A DNA stretch of 62,999 nucleotides, the filler included. It is 5 parts of 5 records of this genome, joined end to end, with 100 filler letters (N's around TTAATTAATTAA, not from the genome) between each part and the next. Parts side by side here need not be neighbours in the genome. Positions count along the whole stretch, not along the records: positions 45,084 to 57,064 come from SRR31147125_9917; positions 57,165 to 62,999 come from SRR31147125_9965; 3 more parts are not named here. One strand, 5' to 3'. A program made the translations under genes and the position numbers. The notes under the pieces are model-generated. The model searched no databases. It worked only from the letters and a program-made list of their open reading frames with translations, and was not told the DNA's origin. Shown piece by piece: positions 51,071-62,165 of this stretch (its first letter is position 1; each line of letters begins with the position of its first letter).

Positions 51071-52390
51071 TTAGCGGGTTTCCTGGGATTTTGTCACGTA
51101 CCAGTCGAGATGCGGCCGGAAGTACGTCTTGTCCATCAGCCGTCTACTGCCCAACATTAGATTCTCGTATTGCACACTGAACCGCAGAATGCGCTCGATC
51201 GTGTGATACTCCTGCTTTCTGTTCGACACTCCCAGCGTCACCGTGTAGTCATTGGTCGCAAAGAGGTGATCAGGGAAATGACACTCGACGGTATACTCGC
51301 CCGCCTCGAGCGTCCCGTTGAATTTTCCAGTGTCCAGGAGCTGGGACAGCAGTATCCGCTGCAGATCTCCGCCGAGCAGCGATACCACAATATTGAACTC
51401 AAAGGCCTTCCTGTTGATCGTGAAATCCAGCCTCAACAGTACCGGTTCTTTTGATCTGAATGAGCTGCGCGGATTTCCGTCCTTGTCCCGCAAAGATATG
51501 GAGTTAATCGTCACAAACGGGTCGACCCGGTTGACCCGCCCCATGGTTTTCTCCCAGATTTTCTCTTGCGTTACCACTGCAGGCATCTCTGCCATTTCAA
51601 GATCGAGTGAACGCAGATAGTAGTCGACCGCCTCGTTGATGGAGTCGCTGTAAACGATCTTCCCTTCCGCAATAACAATGCCTTTGTTGCAGAGTCTCCT
51701 GACTGATGCCATCTGGTGGCTCACGAACAGTACGGTTCGACCACCTTTGCTCACCTCCTCCATCTTACCAAGACACTTCTTCTGAAACTCGGCGTCACCC
51801 ACCGCAAGCACTTCATCTACAATGAGAATCTCAGAGTCCAAATGTGCCGCGACGGCAAAAGCCAAGCGGACGTTCATTCCAGACGAGTAACGTTTGACGG
51901 GTGTATCGATATGGTGTTCGATACCAGAGAAATGGATAATCTCATCGATCTTGCGGTCGACCTCGTACTTCGTCATTCCCAGTATCGAGCCGTTGAGGTA
52001 GATGTTCTCGCGCCCGGTGAGCTCCGGGTGAAATCCGGTACCGACTTCCAGCAGACTGGCGATTCGTCCCCGAATCTTGACTTTTCCCAAAGTTGGTGCG
52101 GTAATCCGGGACAGGATTTTCAACAACGTCGATTTTCCTGCACCATTTTTGCCTATAATACCGATTATTTCATTCTGCTGAATCTCCAGGTCGATCCCTC
52201 TGAGTGCCCAGAAACGATCCCCCTTGGCACCAGCTGTCTGGGATGCATTGCTGAACAGTTTCGAATTCGGGTCTTCCTTGCCCCTCACCCGGGCCCACCA
52301 ACTCTGCACGTCCTGCGTTAGCGTACCGTGACCGATTACCCCCAGTCGATACTCTTTGCTTAGATTTTCGATTTTAATAGCTGTTGGCAT
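51071..52390 (-). CDS. wzt: Polysaccharide ABC transporter ATPase with C-terminal Wzt_C domain
   Basis: GKNGAGKSTLLK, LLEVGTGFHPELTGREN, YSSGM, VDEVLAVGD. Confidence 0.95.
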   Translation of the reverse strand: MPTAIKIENLSKEYRLGVIGHGTLTQDVQSWWARVRGKEDPNSKLFSNASQTAGAKGDRFWALRGIDLEIQQNEIIGIIGKNGAGKSTLLKILSRITAPTLGKVKIRGRIASLLEVGTGFHPELTGRENIYLNGSILGMTKYEVDRKIDEIIHFSGIEHHIDTPVKRYSSGMNVRLAFAVAAHLDSEILIVDEVLAVGDAEFQKKCLGKMEEVSKGGRTVLFVSHQMASVRRLCNKGIVIAEGKIVYSDSINEAVDYYLRSLDLEMAEMPAVVTQEKIWEKTMGRVNRVDPFVTINSISLRDKDGNPRSSFRSKEPVLLRLDFTINRKAFEFNIVVSLLGGDLQRILLSQLLDTGKFNGTLEAGEYTVECHFPDHLFATNDYTVTLGVSNRKQEYHTIERILRFSVQYENLMLGSRRLMDKTYFRPHLDWYVTKSQETR

Positions 52391-52429
52391 ATTGACATTG
52401 TTCCTCTTGTCTGAGCAGTGCTCACAGGA

Positions 52430-53296
52430 TCAAACCGTATCCATGAATGTCTTTTCCTGTCGGCTGAAAATGACTATGCCGAAAAAGACGATGACGACCG
52501 TGATGAACCAGCTAATGAGAATATGGCTCATTTGTATGGAACTGGTCCCGAAAAAGGCATACCTGAAAGACTCGACCAAGGCCACCATGGGGTTGAGAAT
52601 ATAATAGGGCATAAGCCAGTCCGGAATCTGCGTCAACGGGTAGACGATCGGCGTTGCGTACATCCACAATTGAATGAAAAAAGCCATTGTGAAACGAAGA
52701 TCCTTATATTTCGTCGTCAGGGATGAAATGAGAATTCCGAGTCCCAGACTCAGCAATGCCATCTGGATCACCAGAACCGGCATCGCCAGTACCCACCAGG
52801 TCGGACTGATCGGTGCTCCCTTCGCGAGAAAATAGAAATAAAACCCGATGAAAAGAACCAGTTGGATAAGAAACTGGAGCATGCTCGAAATCACCACCGA
52901 GATCGGCACCGTAACCCGGGGAAAATAAACCTTGCCGAACATCTTGGAATTCGAGACAAAGGTATTTGAGGTGTTGGAAAGGGTCGAGGAAAAGTAGCCC
53001 CACATGACATTACCGGCCATGTAGAAGAGAAACGGCGGCAGATCGTCCGTGGGTATCTTGGCCACCCTGCCAAAAATGATGGTGAAGACGAGCGTCGTGA
53101 AAAGCGGCTGTATGATATACCAGAGCGGCCCGAGAATGGTCTGCTTGTAAAACGTCACGAAATCTCGTTTGACAAACTGTACTACCAGCCCGCGATAATA
53201 CCAGATCTCGGCCAGATCGATATCGAGCCACCCGGTTTTCGGCTCAAGGACCGTATCCCACTTTTCAGCGGGCACACCATTTTCTAATTTATTCAT
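52430..53296 (-). CDS. wzm: Polysaccharide ABC transporter permease
   Basis: RDFVTFYKQTILGPLW, KVYFPR, WMYATPIVYP, LNPM, EKTFMDTV. Confidence 0.95.
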   Translation of the reverse strand: MNKLENGVPAEKWDTVLEPKTGWLDIDLAEIWYYRGLVVQFVKRDFVTFYKQTILGPLWYIIQPLFTTLVFTIIFGRVAKIPTDDLPPFLFYMAGNVMWGYFSSTLSNTSNTFVSNSKMFGKVYFPRVTVPISVVISSMLQFLIQLVLFIGFYFYFLAKGAPISPTWWVLAMPVLVIQMALLSLGLGILISSLTTKYKDLRFTMAFFIQLWMYATPIVYPLTQIPDWLMPYYILNPMVALVESFRYAFFGTSSIQMSHILISWFITVVIVFFGIVIFSRQEKTFMDTV

Positions 53297-53769
53297 ACCC
53301 AGAACTTCACTGTATTGGATTACCGATGTATATCAGCGAGTCAGCATTTACCCGATGTCAGCGCGCGACCAGGGCCATATCAAATATAATGATAACATAA
53401 CTGACACTTGCACGGTCTAGCCCTGTGGCCATTGGTTTTCCACTCTCCGTAATACACCCGAATTTTTCTTGTTTCTTAATATAAATCAGACAACTGAATT
53501 GAAGACATCCTCAGGATGAAGCTCTATACCCACTAATAGGCGGCATGTCAACCTCGGGACTTTTCTTCAATAATCAGGTGTAAGCTAGACTGCTCTCATG
53601 TATCACGACCTATAGTATCAGTATTTCACGATTCCCACATCTACCCCCATCACTTCAAGCTGCCTCCATGCATTTTTTTATAGTAATCCCCGTCGGTAAT
53701 ACATCCATCCACACAGGTTCACAAGCGCTCGACATAGCCTTGACTTGTCCCTGCTGGAGCAGTAAACAA

Positions 53770-54738
53770 ATGAGTATTTACCACATGGATTACAAAATAA
53801 TTTTCACTATGATGCAACAGGTAACTGAATTTTTCATTACCCTGATCGGAAAGCAGCTCGCCCTTCTGCGTAACCGACGCAAAAAGTTTGAGCACGAACT
53901 TTCCATTTGTGCAATCTTTAAAGATGAAGCCAGGTATCTGAACGAGTGGCTGGCATTTCATCGAGGCGTTGGAGTCGATCACTTCTATCTCTATAACAAT
54001 AACAGTACTGATAACTTCCTTGAAGTACTTAAACCTTGGCTGCAACAAGAACTGGTTACCCTGATCGACTGGCCCATGATACGTGGACAGCGTAGTGCTT
54101 ACAGGCATTGTATTATAAACCATCGAAACCAGACTCGCTGGGTTGCATTTATCGACATCGACGAGTTTCTCTTTTCGCCTCAATCCATCTGTCTCAAAGA
54201 GGTGCTCAACCGTTATAACGACGTATCGGCCATATTCGTCTATTGGGTCTTGTTTGGTTCCGGGGGGCATGTCACGAGACCCGACAGAGGCGTTTTAGAG
54301 TCCTATACCCGCTGCATGGACATGCATTCCGCCATAAACGACACGTTCGGTCATAACAAGCGGCCAGGCAAAGATAACTATGTGACCGGTTGGGCCCAGG
54401 ACGGTAAATCAATCGTAAATCCACGACTCGTCCGCAGATACGTCGTGCATAAGCCAAAAGATATGTGGTATGGCGAAATCGTGGACGAAAACCGCTGCCC
54501 GCCTGAGCAAAGAGTCCATGGTGCCGCCATAAGTCACTCTATTTTCCGGATCAACCACTACTGGTCCAGGTCAATTCAGGAATTCACTGAAAAGGTTGAA
54601 AAGCGCATAGCAGGCTTCAAAACACCGCCAAACGTAAAACTTGAAACCTGGCTTGACCGCGAAAAGAAGCTTAACGTGGAAACAGATGAAACAATTCTCA
54701 GAACTTGGCGGGAAATTCAATCGCAGGCAGAGAGGTGA
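53770..54738 (+). CDS. GT92/DUF23-like glycosyltransferase (start uncertain)
   Basis: LSICAIFKDEARYLNEW, FYLYNNNSTD, WVAFIDIDEF, KSIVNP, INHYW. Confidence 0.85.
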   Translation: MSIYHMDYKIIFTMMQQVTEFFITLIGKQLALLRNRRKKFEHELSICAIFKDEARYLNEWLAFHRGVGVDHFYLYNNNSTDNFLEVLKPWLQQELVTLIDWPMIRGQRSAYRHCIINHRNQTRWVAFIDIDEFLFSPQSICLKEVLNRYNDVSAIFVYWVLFGSGGHVTRPDRGVLESYTRCMDMHSAINDTFGHNKRPGKDNYVTGWAQDGKSIVNPRLVRRYVVHKPKDMWYGEIVDENRCPPEQRVHGAAISHSIFRINHYWSRSIQEFTEKVEKRIAGFKTPPNVKLETWLDREKKLNVETDETILRTWREIQSQAER

Positions 54739-54851
54739 TATGAGTTCTACCATATAAGGCGCATCCAAGCAGCGACTGGCATATTGGCTTGCATGGTCTT
54801 TTGCAAATGCGTAAATTTTCAGGTTTTTTAATCTGTCGTAATTTTGTATAA

Positions 54852-54881
54852 TTTAAGATTCCCTTAAGATCGTGTTAAGAC
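54852..54881 (+). promoter_or_regulatory. Three TTAAGA direct repeats at 11-bp period (OmpR-family-type operator)
   Basis: TTAAGA starts at 54853, 54864 and 54875. Confidence 0.55.
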
Positions 54882-54916
54882 CGATTTCGACATGAACTTC
54901 CCTCAAAAGCCCTAAA

Positions 54917-54938
54917 TAAGGAGCACGTAAGGAGCACG
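54917..54938 (+). repeat. Tandem duplication TAAGGAGCACG x2 containing the RBS
   Basis: Exact 11-bp tandem repeat immediately before the GTG start. Confidence 0.8.
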
Positions 54939-54939
54939 A

Positions 54940-57064
54940 GTGGTTTTCAGCACAATCGGCACGGTACTTGAGAGTCAGGCGAACTCGATCCCCAATTCAG
55001 TAGCCATCGAGACGCCGGGAGACTCCCCACTAAGCTATCAGGCCCTCAACACTCAGGTAAAAAGAATAGCCTCTTCTCTTCAGGCAGCCGGGGTTCAACC
55101 TGATGCACGTATCGCCCTCGTCATGCCAAACGGCGCAGATATGTCAATTGCCCTGTTGGCTTCCGCAATTACGGCTGTTTGTATCCCTCTCAACCCGCTA
55201 TATGGCCGAAAAGAGTATGATGCCTACTTCGCTGAGATGCGCGTCTCACATGTGTTGCTCCAGAAAGGTTATGGAGTACAAGCTTCTGATGCAGCAAAGG
55301 CTGGAGGACTGCCTGTATACACGTTGACGAAAAATGGTCAGGGGGTTTGTTTCGAGGGTGATGCTTCAGGTGCAGATGGGACTCCCCTTCCTTCTGACAA
55401 GGCTGACCGTGTTGCCGTTGTCATGTTGACTTCAGGTTCAACTTCACAGCCGAAAAAGGTTCCCCTGACCCATCACAACCTCTGTACCTCCGTGGAAGAC
55501 GTGTGTCGCTCATTAAACCTTGGTCCTGAAGATCGATGTCTGAGTATGTGGGAACAACACCACATCGGGGGAATTTCTGATCTCTTGCTGGCACCTCTGG
55601 CCAGTGGTGGATCTATTATTTCTGCTGGTTCTGTGGATGTTCAGCAATTCTTTGAGCTCCTGGACAACTATCATCCTACGTGGTTTCAGGCAGTACCGAC
55701 AACCCTGCATGCCATTGTACGGGTTGCAAAGCAACAGGGGCGAAGCCAGGTTTCATCATCACTCCGGTTTGTCCGTTCCGTTGCTGCTGGTATTTCTCAA
55801 ACCTTGAAGGATGAAGTGGAAGACTTATTCGGGATTCCGGTAATTCAGACTTTCGGCATGACCGAAGCCGCACCGCTGATTACCAGCACCCGGTTACCGC
55901 CAGCTATCAATAAGCCTGAGTCTGTCGGGCCCAGTGCCGGACCGAATGTGGCCATCCTGAGGTCGACTGGAATTTGTTCAGATAGCTTTGAACGAGGTGA
56001 GGTGGTTGTAAGCGGTCCAAATGTAATGTCCGGTTATGAAGATGCTCCTGAGCTCAACGAGGAATCCTTTATCGATGGCTGGTTTCGTACCGGAGATGTT
56101 GGATACCTGGATGAAGATGGTGAGTTGTTTCTAGTCGGCCGCGTCAAAGAGTTGATCAACCGTGGCGGTGAAAAAATTTCCCCCCAGGAAGTTGAAGACG
56201 CCTTACAGACGCACCCAATGGTTGAGGAGTGCGCAGTTTTTGGGCTGCCACACCTGACGCTGGGAGAAGAGGTTGCCGCAGCCATAGTGGAAAAGGGGAG
56301 AGCCCCGCTCAATGATGAAGAAGTACAGGCATACCTGGCGTGCCGTCTAGCCCCGTTTAAGCTCCCAAGCCGGGTGTTTTTTGTCGAGAAGCTACCTTAC
56401 ACTTCGACAGGGAAAATAGAGAGGTTGAAGATCGCAGCACAATGTGCCGCAGCCCCTGGGGAGGACAACCTGAGCAGCCCGCCACGTACTCCACTGCAGG
56501 CAAAGCTAATGAAGATCTGGAAAATGTTCTCCAGGTCAAGGAGGCCGGTGTCACTGATGATTTTCAAGACCTCGGTGGAGACTCTCTTGCCGGGGTCGAC
56601 CTGCTGTCACGTGTTCAAAAAGAGCTTGGTTATAATCTTCCTTTCAGTGCTTTGCGAAAGCTCTCGACGGTGGCGGAAATGGCAGATACCATAGAGTCGG
56701 GGGCATTTGAAGATGTATATCTTGAGGCCTTGTGCCAAAGCGGCCTTGCTGAAGATGAGGCAAGACTCTTATTAATCGTTCTGGGTGCGGGGAATATCTC
56801 TGCCCATGCTGAAACACCTTTTATCAAGCTTGTCAATGCCACGGGGACGCGTACTCCGCTGATATGGTGTTTCAACTCCCCAGAGGCTGAGATGCGCGCC
56901 TTCGGTTCGGTGCTTCCTGGAGATCAACCACTCTATGGCCTGTATTCGGGGAGTGGACGAATCGAGTATACGAAACGGGTGACAAGGGCATTAGCGGCAG
57001 CCTATGCCGACACAATTCAACATATCTTTCCAGATGGACCGTTTTTTATAGGTGGGAATTGCCG
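54940..57064 (+). CDS. Acyl-CoA-ligase-like A domain (oxalate-CoA ligase-like)-PCP-TE; frameshift near 56520; truncated by contig end
   Basis: LTSGSTSQPKKVPLTH, FGMTEAA, WFRTGDVG, INRGGEKISP, TGKI; shifted frame gives FQDLGGDSL and FFIGGNC. Confidence 0.85.
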
Positions 57065-57164
57065 NNNNNNNNNNNNNNNNNNNNNNNNNNNNNNNNNNNN
57101 NNNNNNNNTTAATTAATTAANNNNNNNNNNNNNNNNNNNNNNNNNNNNNNNNNNNNNNNNNNNN
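57065..57164. other. Artificial contig linker
   Basis: N44-TTAATTAATTAA-N44. Confidence 0.98.
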
Positions 57165-57493
57165 GGTGCTTTTTTCTTTATTTTGTTGCTAAATTCAACG
57201 GGGCTCATTTCTTTCATACGAAACATAACAATCACTAGATCAAACTTTTTTTTATCTAATTGTTCAAAAGCCTCACTTGTGCTGCTAACATTATGAATTC
57301 GTGGAACAAATTGCAGATTCATATCCAAATATTCACCAAATATCCTTTCAGAAAGCTTCCCATCTTCCTCTAAAACAAAGGCATCATAAAGACTTGCAAC
57401 CAAAAGAATCTCACGTACACGAAACTCCATTAAATCATGAAATCCGGAAAAATTCATTTTATTTTTTTGGATAAAATCTTGCTTAACTGACAT
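57165..57493 (-). CDS. N-terminal receiver-like fragment of a PEP/pyruvate-binding (PEP synthase-like) protein
   Basis: FHDLMEFRVREILLVASLYDAFVLEEDG...IFGEYLDMNL N-terminus; truncated by the linker. Confidence 0.65.
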
Positions 57494-57740
57494 AGCTACC
57501 CCTTAATGCGAGTATAAATATATAATCATCATAACATTATATTACTTTGAGTGATTAATTGTCAAAACATGTGTATTTTGGCGTTTGAAAAAATACAAAT
57601 TGTTTATTTTATGTTTATTTTCCACTATATATGTTTTAATAAATGTTGGATAACGAATAATAAACGCTTATTTAAAACGAATATTAAACGTGCTAACTGA
57701 TATTATGAACAAAATATTAATAAATTATGAAGGAGAAAAA

Positions 57741-59193
57741 ATGTCTGAAAACGATGTAAGAACCAAAGAAAACGTTAATACTGAAAAAAACCTAGCTTAC
57801 TGGGTGTAATAATAGTATTTGCTTTTCTAATAGCAGCTATGATAATCCAAATTTTTGTTCTCAAAAGAAACTGGGATACACATATTACTTTAATAATTGC
57901 AACAGTTGTTGCAGCTATTGTCGCTTTACTTAGTGGGTTTAAATGGAAAGACGTACAGGCTGGTATATTGTATGGGTGTGAAATTGCAATGCTTCCAATG
58001 CTTATCCTAATGCTAGTTGGTGTTTTAATAGCATCATGGATAGCAGCAGGAACAATACCTGCACTAATCTATTATGGTCTTCAAATTCTGTCACCATCAA
58101 TATTCCTATTTACAGCATGTCTAATCTGTTCAATTGCTTCAGTCTCAACAGGAAGTTCATGGACAACAGGGGCAACATTTGGTGTTGCGTTTATGGGAAT
58201 AGGTATGGGTCTTGGAATACCAGTTGGTATGACAGCAGGTGCTGTTATCTCAGGAGCAATCTTTGGTGATAAAATGTCACCTTTATCTGACAGCACAAAC
58301 CTAGCGGCGGGTGTTGCAGAAGCAGACTTGTTTGATCATATCAAATCTATGATTTATACAACTGGACCGGCTCTTGGAATATCTCTTGTAATTTATTTGG
58401 TAATGGGACTTACAGGTGCTAGCGGAGGAGAGATTGATAACACTTATGTACAAACTATTCTAGGTGGCATAAAAGATAATTTCAGTTTAAACTTTCTTGT
58501 ATTTTTACCACCTATCGTAGTTATTGTATTAGCTATCCGTAAGGTTAGCGGTCTAGCTGTTATGATTATCGGTTCTCTTACTGGTATGTTGGTTGCACTT
58601 TTCATTCAAGGATTCGGTCTTGGTGAAATGATAGGATTTATGAACAATGGTTTTGCAATGGATTCTGGAGTTGCTGATGTTGATGCATTGTTATCAAGAG
58701 GTGGGTTGCAAAGTATGATGTGGACTATCTCACTAGGATTTATTGCTTTAAGCTTCGGCGGACTTTTGGAAAAGACCAGGATGTTAGAGGTTCTTTTAGA
58801 AAAATATCTGGATTAGTTAAAAAAGAGGGTGGCCTTGTTTTAACACATGCGCTTTCTGCGTTTGCTGTTAACTTGTTCTCTGCAAGCCAATACATGGCAA
58901 TCATTATTCCAGGAAGAATGCTTGTACCAAAATATAAGGAACATAAGCTTTTACCATCAGTCTGTTCTAGAGTATGTGAAGATACAGCAACAGTAACATC
59001 ACCATTAGTTCCATGGGGACTTTGTGGAGTATTCTTTGCAGGAGCATTAGGTGTTTCTACAATGACATATTTCCCATATGTATTCTTAGCATTCTTAGCA
59101 CCATTGATAACAATAATATTTGGTTTCACTGGAATAGCTATGTTTAAAGAAGGTGAAAAACCAGCAGTTAAGACATATAGTGATAACGTATAG
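57741..59193 (+). CDS. NhaC family Na+/H+ antiporter or amino-acid transporter; frameshifts near 57784-57790 and 58800
   Basis: AGGAG RBS; WIAAGTIP, TGSSWTT, SGAIFGDKMSPLSD, LLSRGG, PLVPW. Confidence 0.9.
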
Positions 59194-59205
59194 GTGGAGG
59201 TTTGT

Positions 59206-60408
59206 ATGAATCGTGAAGATGAGGTAATAACTAAAGAAAACATAACAGAGCTCTTAAATGATTTAGCGAAAATTTCCAGTCCTTATTTTCATGAAAATCA
59301 AGTGCTAGACTATATATTTGATTGGCTTAAATCCAACGATTTGCCTGCTGAATATCATCACTATGAAGATATAAAAGTAACTAAGTTTGCAGGTAAGAAC
59401 ATTATTGGTAAGCTAAAAGGAAAAGAAGAAGGTACAGTTGTATTACTGAATGGTCATGTTGATACTGTAAACATCTGCAACGGTTGGACAAAAGATCCTT
59501 TGAATCCTGTTGTAGAGGATGGAAAAATGTTTGGTGTAGGTGTTTTAGACATGAAATCAGGGGTATGTGCAATAATGCTTGCGTTGAAAGCCTTTGTAAT
59601 GCTAAACGAGAGCTTTAAAGGTGAAATATTGTATCATTTTGTATCTGATGAGGAAGGACCTTATGGTCTTGGTACAAACTTTATAATAGAAGATGGACTG
59701 GCAGATGATGCTGATGTAAGCATTGTACCTGAACCATCGTCGGGGTTTTGTAATATTGAGTTTCCTTGTGTTTGCCTTGGAGCAAGAGGTGGATTTCAAT
59801 ATGATATTCGCTTTTTTGGTACATCTTCTCATGCAGCTACACCTGAACTTGGTGTTAATGCGATTGAACAGGCAGCTAAGTTGATTAAGGAATTTGAAAA
59901 TGTGGACCTTATTGAAGATGAAAAGTTAGGAAAAGGTTCAATATGTATTATAGGAATGAACGGAGGAGGTCAGGCTTGCTCCGTAGCGGATACTGCTGTA
60001 ATCAATATTTTTAGACATATTGTTGTTGGTGAAGATAAAGCAACCGTGCTAAAAGAAATAGAAGATGCAGCAATAAGAGCAGGGGTAGAATGCAGATATG
60101 AGGTAGTTTTTAGAGAAGCGCCAACTGAAGATTCAGGTGCGTTTATGCCGTATACTTCAGATGGAGAAAATCCTTATGTAAAGTCATTTTTGCATGCTAC
60201 ACAGGAAGTTACAGGTAAAGATCCAACAATAGCTTATTTTTCAAGCATAGGTGATTACTGCTATCTTGGTTCAAGACTTAATATTCCTACAATTGTCTTT
60301 GGACCAAATGGAGGGAATTTCCACGGTGCTGATGAATATGTAAACATTCAGGATGCAGTAAACACATCAAAGGTAATATATAACTATTTAAAAACAATAT
60401 TGCTGTAA
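59206..60408 (+). CDS. M20 family metallopeptidase/deacylase (ArgE/DapE-like)
   Basis: LLNGHVDTV, GVGVLDMKSG, SDEEG, PEP, HGADE. Confidence 0.9.
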   Translation: MNREDEVITKENITELLNDLAKISSPYFHENQVLDYIFDWLKSNDLPAEYHHYEDIKVTKFAGKNIIGKLKGKEEGTVVLLNGHVDTVNICNGWTKDPLNPVVEDGKMFGVGVLDMKSGVCAIMLALKAFVMLNESFKGEILYHFVSDEEGPYGLGTNFIIEDGLADDADVSIVPEPSSGFCNIEFPCVCLGARGGFQYDIRFFGTSSHAATPELGVNAIEQAAKLIKEFENVDLIEDEKLGKGSICIIGMNGGGQACSVADTAVINIFRHIVVGEDKATVLKEIEDAAIRAGVECRYEVVFREAPTEDSGAFMPYTSDGENPYVKSFLHATQEVTGKDPTIAYFSSIGDYCYLGSRLNIPTIVFGPNGGNFHGADEYVNIQDAVNTSKVIYNYLKTILL

Positions 60409-60417
60409 TTTTAACAG

Positions 60418-60467
60418 ACCCTTTTTCGCTCAGTTTCTACTTTGCGGAGAAGGGGTTCTCTTTTTTT
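60418..60467 (+). terminator. Probable Rho-independent terminator
   Basis: CCCTTTTTCGC/GCGGAGAAGGG stem with G-U pairs, followed by a T-run. Confidence 0.55.
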
Positions 60468-60516
60468 AATTTTGGGTGTAGTATATAAGTAAATTGTAAA
60501 ACAGGATGATTATATT

Positions 60517-62061
60517 ATGAAAGAAAATAGTTTGTTGGTTTATAACTCAAATATATTAAGTATGGATAAATCTGATTCAGTATTTAACTGGATGAGCATA
60601 ATAAACGGAAAAATAACTGAGTTAGGATTTGGTGATGGATACAAGAGCCATCTTGTGTTTTGTGATGATGCTGTTGATATGAAATGTAAAACTATACTTC
60701 CTGGATTTTATGATAGCCATGTACATTTAGTTCAGACCGGGCTGAATTATGAAGGGTTAGATTTCAAACCTGCTGGCTCTATCGATGATGTTTTGACTAT
60801 GATTGAAGAAAGAGCTTCAAATTTGCCAGATGGTAAACTATTACGAGGGATACATTTTGATGTAACGTCGATAAAGGAAGCAAGGTTCCCAACACGTCGA
60901 GAACTTGACATGGTTTGTCCCAACAACCCTGTTTGGATAAACAGCATAGAATATCATACAAGTATCCTTAATTCGCTTGCACTTAATATAATCAATATTC
61001 CGCTTTTTATCGATGGTATAGCACGTGATGAAAGAAATTTGCCTCTTGGGTATTTTACAAGTAAGGCAAGTGCTTTTATTAGAAATAAGATGTTCGGAAT
61101 TATCGATGATAAGACAAGGAAAAGCGGAATAAACAAAGCAATTATAAAAGCTATTTCAAAAGGAGTTACTTCAATAAATGCAATGGAGGGTGGATTTACC
61201 TTTCATGAGAAAGATGTTGCTTTTTTGTTAAAACATATGAAATCTTTTCCTATTGATACTGAAATTTATTATCAGTCATTCTCATTTGAAAAGATTGCGG
61301 AGTATGGATTAAATCGTATAGGTGATATATTTGTAGATGGTGCTTTTGGATCAAGAACAGCAGCTATTTCAGAGAACTATAAAGATGATAAAGATAACAA
61401 AGGAAAACTTTATTATAGCCAAGAAGAGCTAAACTATTTTGTAAAAAAAGCTAACAGGCTAAATTATCAAATTGCACTTCATGCTATAGGAGGAAGAGCC
61501 ATAGAGCAGACTCTAAATGCTTTTGATTGTGCACTTAAGGAATATCCGAGAAAAGATCATAGGAGTAGGATGGAGCATTTTGAGCTTGCTTCAACTGAAC
61601 ATATCAAAAAAGCAAAAGAATTGGATATGGTAATCTCTGTTCAGCCTGCGTATGAATATAAGTGGGGCACGAGCAACAGTTTATATGAAGATAGACTTGG
61701 TAAAGAATTGGCATCTAAAACAAATAATTTTAAAGAGATGATTGACTGTGGGCTTATTTTGTGCGGTGGATCAGACAGCGATGTTACTGAAATTAATCCT
61801 TTGCTTGGAATTCATTGCGCTGTTAATCACCCTAAACCAAATCATTCAGTTTCTGTTAAAGATGCGCTTAAAATGTTTACTATAAACGGTGCATTTGCAT
61901 GCTTTGAAGAAAAAATCAAGGGTAGTCTAGAAACTGGTAAGTTTGCAGATTTTGTGGTTCTAAATGATGATCCAGTGAAAATTGACAAAAAATACATTAA
62001 GGATATAGAAGTGTTGGAAACATATAAAGAAGGGACAAGAATTTTCCCTATCGACGATTAA
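60517..62061 (+). CDS. Amidohydrolase 3 family protein (YtcJ-like)
   Basis: PGFYDSHVH, DGAFGSRTAA, HAIGGRA, RMEH, GGSD, GSLETGKFADFVVL. Confidence 0.92.
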   Translation: MKENSLLVYNSNILSMDKSDSVFNWMSIINGKITELGFGDGYKSHLVFCDDAVDMKCKTILPGFYDSHVHLVQTGLNYEGLDFKPAGSIDDVLTMIEERASNLPDGKLLRGIHFDVTSIKEARFPTRRELDMVCPNNPVWINSIEYHTSILNSLALNIINIPLFIDGIARDERNLPLGYFTSKASAFIRNKMFGIIDDKTRKSGINKAIIKAISKGVTSINAMEGGFTFHEKDVAFLLKHMKSFPIDTEIYYQSFSFEKIAEYGLNRIGDIFVDGAFGSRTAAISENYKDDKDNKGKLYYSQEELNYFVKKANRLNYQIALHAIGGRAIEQTLNAFDCALKEYPRKDHRSRMEHFELASTEHIKKAKELDMVISVQPAYEYKWGTSNSLYEDRLGKELASKTNNFKEMIDCGLILCGGSDSDVTEINPLLGIHCAVNHPKPNHSVSVKDALKMFTINGAFACFEEKIKGSLETGKFADFVVLNDDPVKIDKKYIKDIEVLETYKEGTRIFPIDD

Positions 62062-62165
62062 TTTACACTTTATATAATTAATAATCTAATTATTAAGATG
62101 AATTAGTGTATATTCATAGCTTAAAAAGTAAATTTGGTTTTTAAACCGAAAGGAAACTAAATAGG

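Noticed and set aside
11762-57064. One giant sulfated-glycan island spanning both glycan loci and the Nqr operon
   Set aside because: Separate contigs with very different base composition; the adjacency is artificial.
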